Origin: Methanobacteriota archaeon
Lineage (GTDB): Archaea > Thermoplasmatota > Poseidoniia > Poseidoniales > Thalassarchaeaceae
Length of the DNA: 64,000 nt
Assembly: GCA_002718995.2 (NCBI GenBank)
Contig: PBGL02000009.1
Coordinates: 460 to 64,459 of the forward strand
Direction: 5' to 3'
Made by a program: the position numbers and the translations under genes. The notes below the pieces were generated by a model. It saw only the letters and a list, made by a program, of their open reading frames with translations, had not been told where the DNA came from and ran no database searches. Shown piece by piece: positions 62,716 to 64,000 of the stretch; position 1 is the first letter of the stretch; the number at the start of each line of letters is the position of its first letter.

Positions 62716-63471
62716 TCACTCTTCCTTGGAATATACGTCGTAGAATTGATTCCTGGAGAGGCTTGTGAGGCCCATTCCGGCTAGTATCAAGAGTGGGCCG
62801 ATGAACATCATCCCCCTGCTCCAGAGTCCAACGAAGGATAACCACCAAGTTCTCCTGTAGCTCAACCCCTTTCTCGCCTCTGCTGCACCTGCCAAACCAG
62901 CTACTCCAGAAAATAAAGTCAGTAGAGCAACTGCTGTTCCGATGAAAACCGATTCACCCAGATGGCTGTCTCCTCTGATATCGGAATTTTTGGTTCCTTC
63001 GCCTTGGACAAGGGTGATTGGAATTTGCGAATAGTCGCCGGGGATAATCAATATCCTCACAGTTACATTGCCAGGGTGGGCTACTTCAAGAGTAGATGAT
63101 CTGCGTGGCAAATCGGAGATTGAGAACCTTCCCCCAGAATCGGTAATATCACTTCCAATTTCGATTCCTAGGTCGTCAAATACCTTCACGGTGACCCCTT
63201 CTACGTGATCCCCTCCCGTGGTGTTATCTACCAACTCAGTAATGACTAGTCCGTTTACGTCTGCCTTTCCCCCGGAGTCATCGAGCTCGCCGGAAAGGAT
63301 ATCGCTAACGTTTCCCGAAATTAGCATGATTCCAACTATTACCCCCAAGAGGCTCCCCAGTGCGATTAGGAAGGCGCCCATGTTCCGCGTGGCTGAATCC
63401 GTCGAAAGATCTGAGAGCCATAATTCTAGGCCAGTCCTGTGATCGATTTCGTCCTCAAACTCGTCGCTCAA
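62716..63471 (-). CDS. Membrane protein with an extracellular carboxypeptidase-regulatory-like (CarboxypepD_reg) domain
   Basis: 251 aa. An N-terminal TM is followed by VEGVTVKVFDDLGIEIGSDITDSGGRFSISDLP and then three C-terminal TM helices. Confidence 0.5.
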   Translation of the reverse strand: MSDEFEDEIDHRTGLELWLSDLSTDSATRNMGAFLIALGSLLGVIVGIMLISGNVSDILSGELDDSGGKADVNGLVITELVDNTTGGDHVEGVTVKVFDDLGIEIGSDITDSGGRFSISDLPRRSSTLEVAHPGNVTVRILIIPGDYSQIPITLVQGEGTKNSDIRGDSHLGESVFIGTAVALLTLFSGVAGLAGAAEARKGLSYRRTWWLSFVGLWSRGMMFIGPLLILAGMGLTSLSRNQFYDVYSKEE

Positions 63472-64000
63472 CCATCTTCACCTCCGCTTCGCTGCATATC
63501 CGACATGGCACTAGGCTGTTCATCATGCCGATTCCCAGACCCCTTGCCATCGAAATGACCCTTAGCACTGCTCTTGTTCAATACTGCAATACCAGCAAGC
63601 AACAGGGCCAGCAATAATATCGATTTTAGCCACGTTGTTTCGGACTCTGCTTCGATCGGGCAGTCGGAGTTGCATTCCTTGTCGCCTTCTTCATCGGAAA
63701 TGAGCAGGTCCACCAAATACATGGAAGTCCAATTCTTACCAGTAATCCAATATTCAGAGGAACCATTGTGGGCAATCCCATTCAAGACTTCATTATTTGT
63801 AACTCCATTCTGGGAGGAAAGGAACGATGCATCAAACTCCGCTACAATATTGCCGCTTGATGGCTCTATCATCAGGATTCTGTCCTCCTGCCAAATATTC
63901 GCAAGAATCCTATTTCCTGAATCGGTACTTACGCATTCCAACTCGTTGATCATCTGCACGCCGTTCCCACTTGAGTCAGTCACCTCTACTGATCGGATAA
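63468..64000 (-). CDS. Glutamine cyclotransferase (glutaminyl cyclase)-like beta-propeller protein with a C-terminal TM anchor. The N-terminus lies outside the window.
   Basis: Motifs INELECV, ILANIWQEDRILMIEPSSGNIV, VLNGIAHNG and YWITGKNW. The frame stays open upstream of the listed GTG (63983) to the window end. The C-terminal TM is ILLLALLLAGIAVL. Confidence 0.6.
   Translation of the reverse strand, partial: IRSVEVTDSSGNGVQMINELECVSTDSGNRILANIWQEDRILMIEPSSGNIVAEFDASFLSSQNGVTNNEVLNGIAHNGSSEYWITGKNWTSMYLVDLLISDEEGDKECNSDCPIEAESETTWLKSILLLALLLAGIAVLNKSSAKGHFDGKGSGNRHDEQPSAMSDMQRSGGEDG

Noticed and set aside
1-64000. A search for mobile elements, prophage, integrases, toxin-antitoxin pairs and rRNA or other large ncRNA genes.
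   Set aside because: I recognised no transposase, integrase, phage-structural or TA-like ORFs. No intergenic region exceeds about 140 nt, which leaves no room for rRNA, RNase P or SRP RNA genes. Only the one tRNA is supported.

Overview
This 64-kb chromosomal window is almost entirely coding. I call about 54 CDS and one tRNA, and I found no rRNA, CRISPR array, integrase, transposase or other mobile element.

The informational genes are archaeal: ribosomal protein L40e, membrane-bound LonB, exosome cap Csl4, Nmd3, archaeal-type AspRS, TrmI, PGI/PMI, UPF0147 and AbrB-PhoU. They sit among many bacterial-type metabolic genes and three giant membrane-anchored surface proteins of 1071, 1686 and 1612 aa, which together take about 20% of the window. 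I associate this mix with planktonic Thermoplasmatota such as Marine Group II/Poseidoniales, but that is inference only.

Housekeeping content:
- pdxT, serC, deoC, tRNA-Val and purA
- sufCBD plus an Nfu-like gene
- a phosphate module: AbrB-PhoU and a PiT-DUF47 fusion
- a proline-type module: an SSS symporter and P5C dehydrogenase
- the heme-export part of cytochrome c maturation: a ccmA-B fusion, ccmC and a ccmD-like gene
- asd, rmuC, maf, rhomboid and others

Most noteworthy observations:
1. Csl4 is fused to an RGG linker, a CxxC-x17-CxxC zinc finger and a canonical RRM.
2. The 1686-aa surface protein is assembled from eukaryote-like extracellular modules, including 16 tandem Cys repeats.
3. 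A tightly coupled seven-gene bacterial-type operon (flavin reductase, formyltransferase, SDR, LLM oxygenase, asparaginase-II-like, ALDH, KAS III) has no pathway I can assign.
4. An extracellular thioredoxin module heads a giant adhesin. Two giant proteins share a proline-rich cytoplasmic tail motif. One giant protein, a subtilase, lies directly downstream of the rhomboid protease.
5. A long edge-truncated Cas4-like nuclease gene, missing from the supplied ORF track, is coupled to a radical SAM gene and pdxT.

All domain calls come from reading motifs by eye. No HMM or BLAST search was run, and domain boundaries are approximate.
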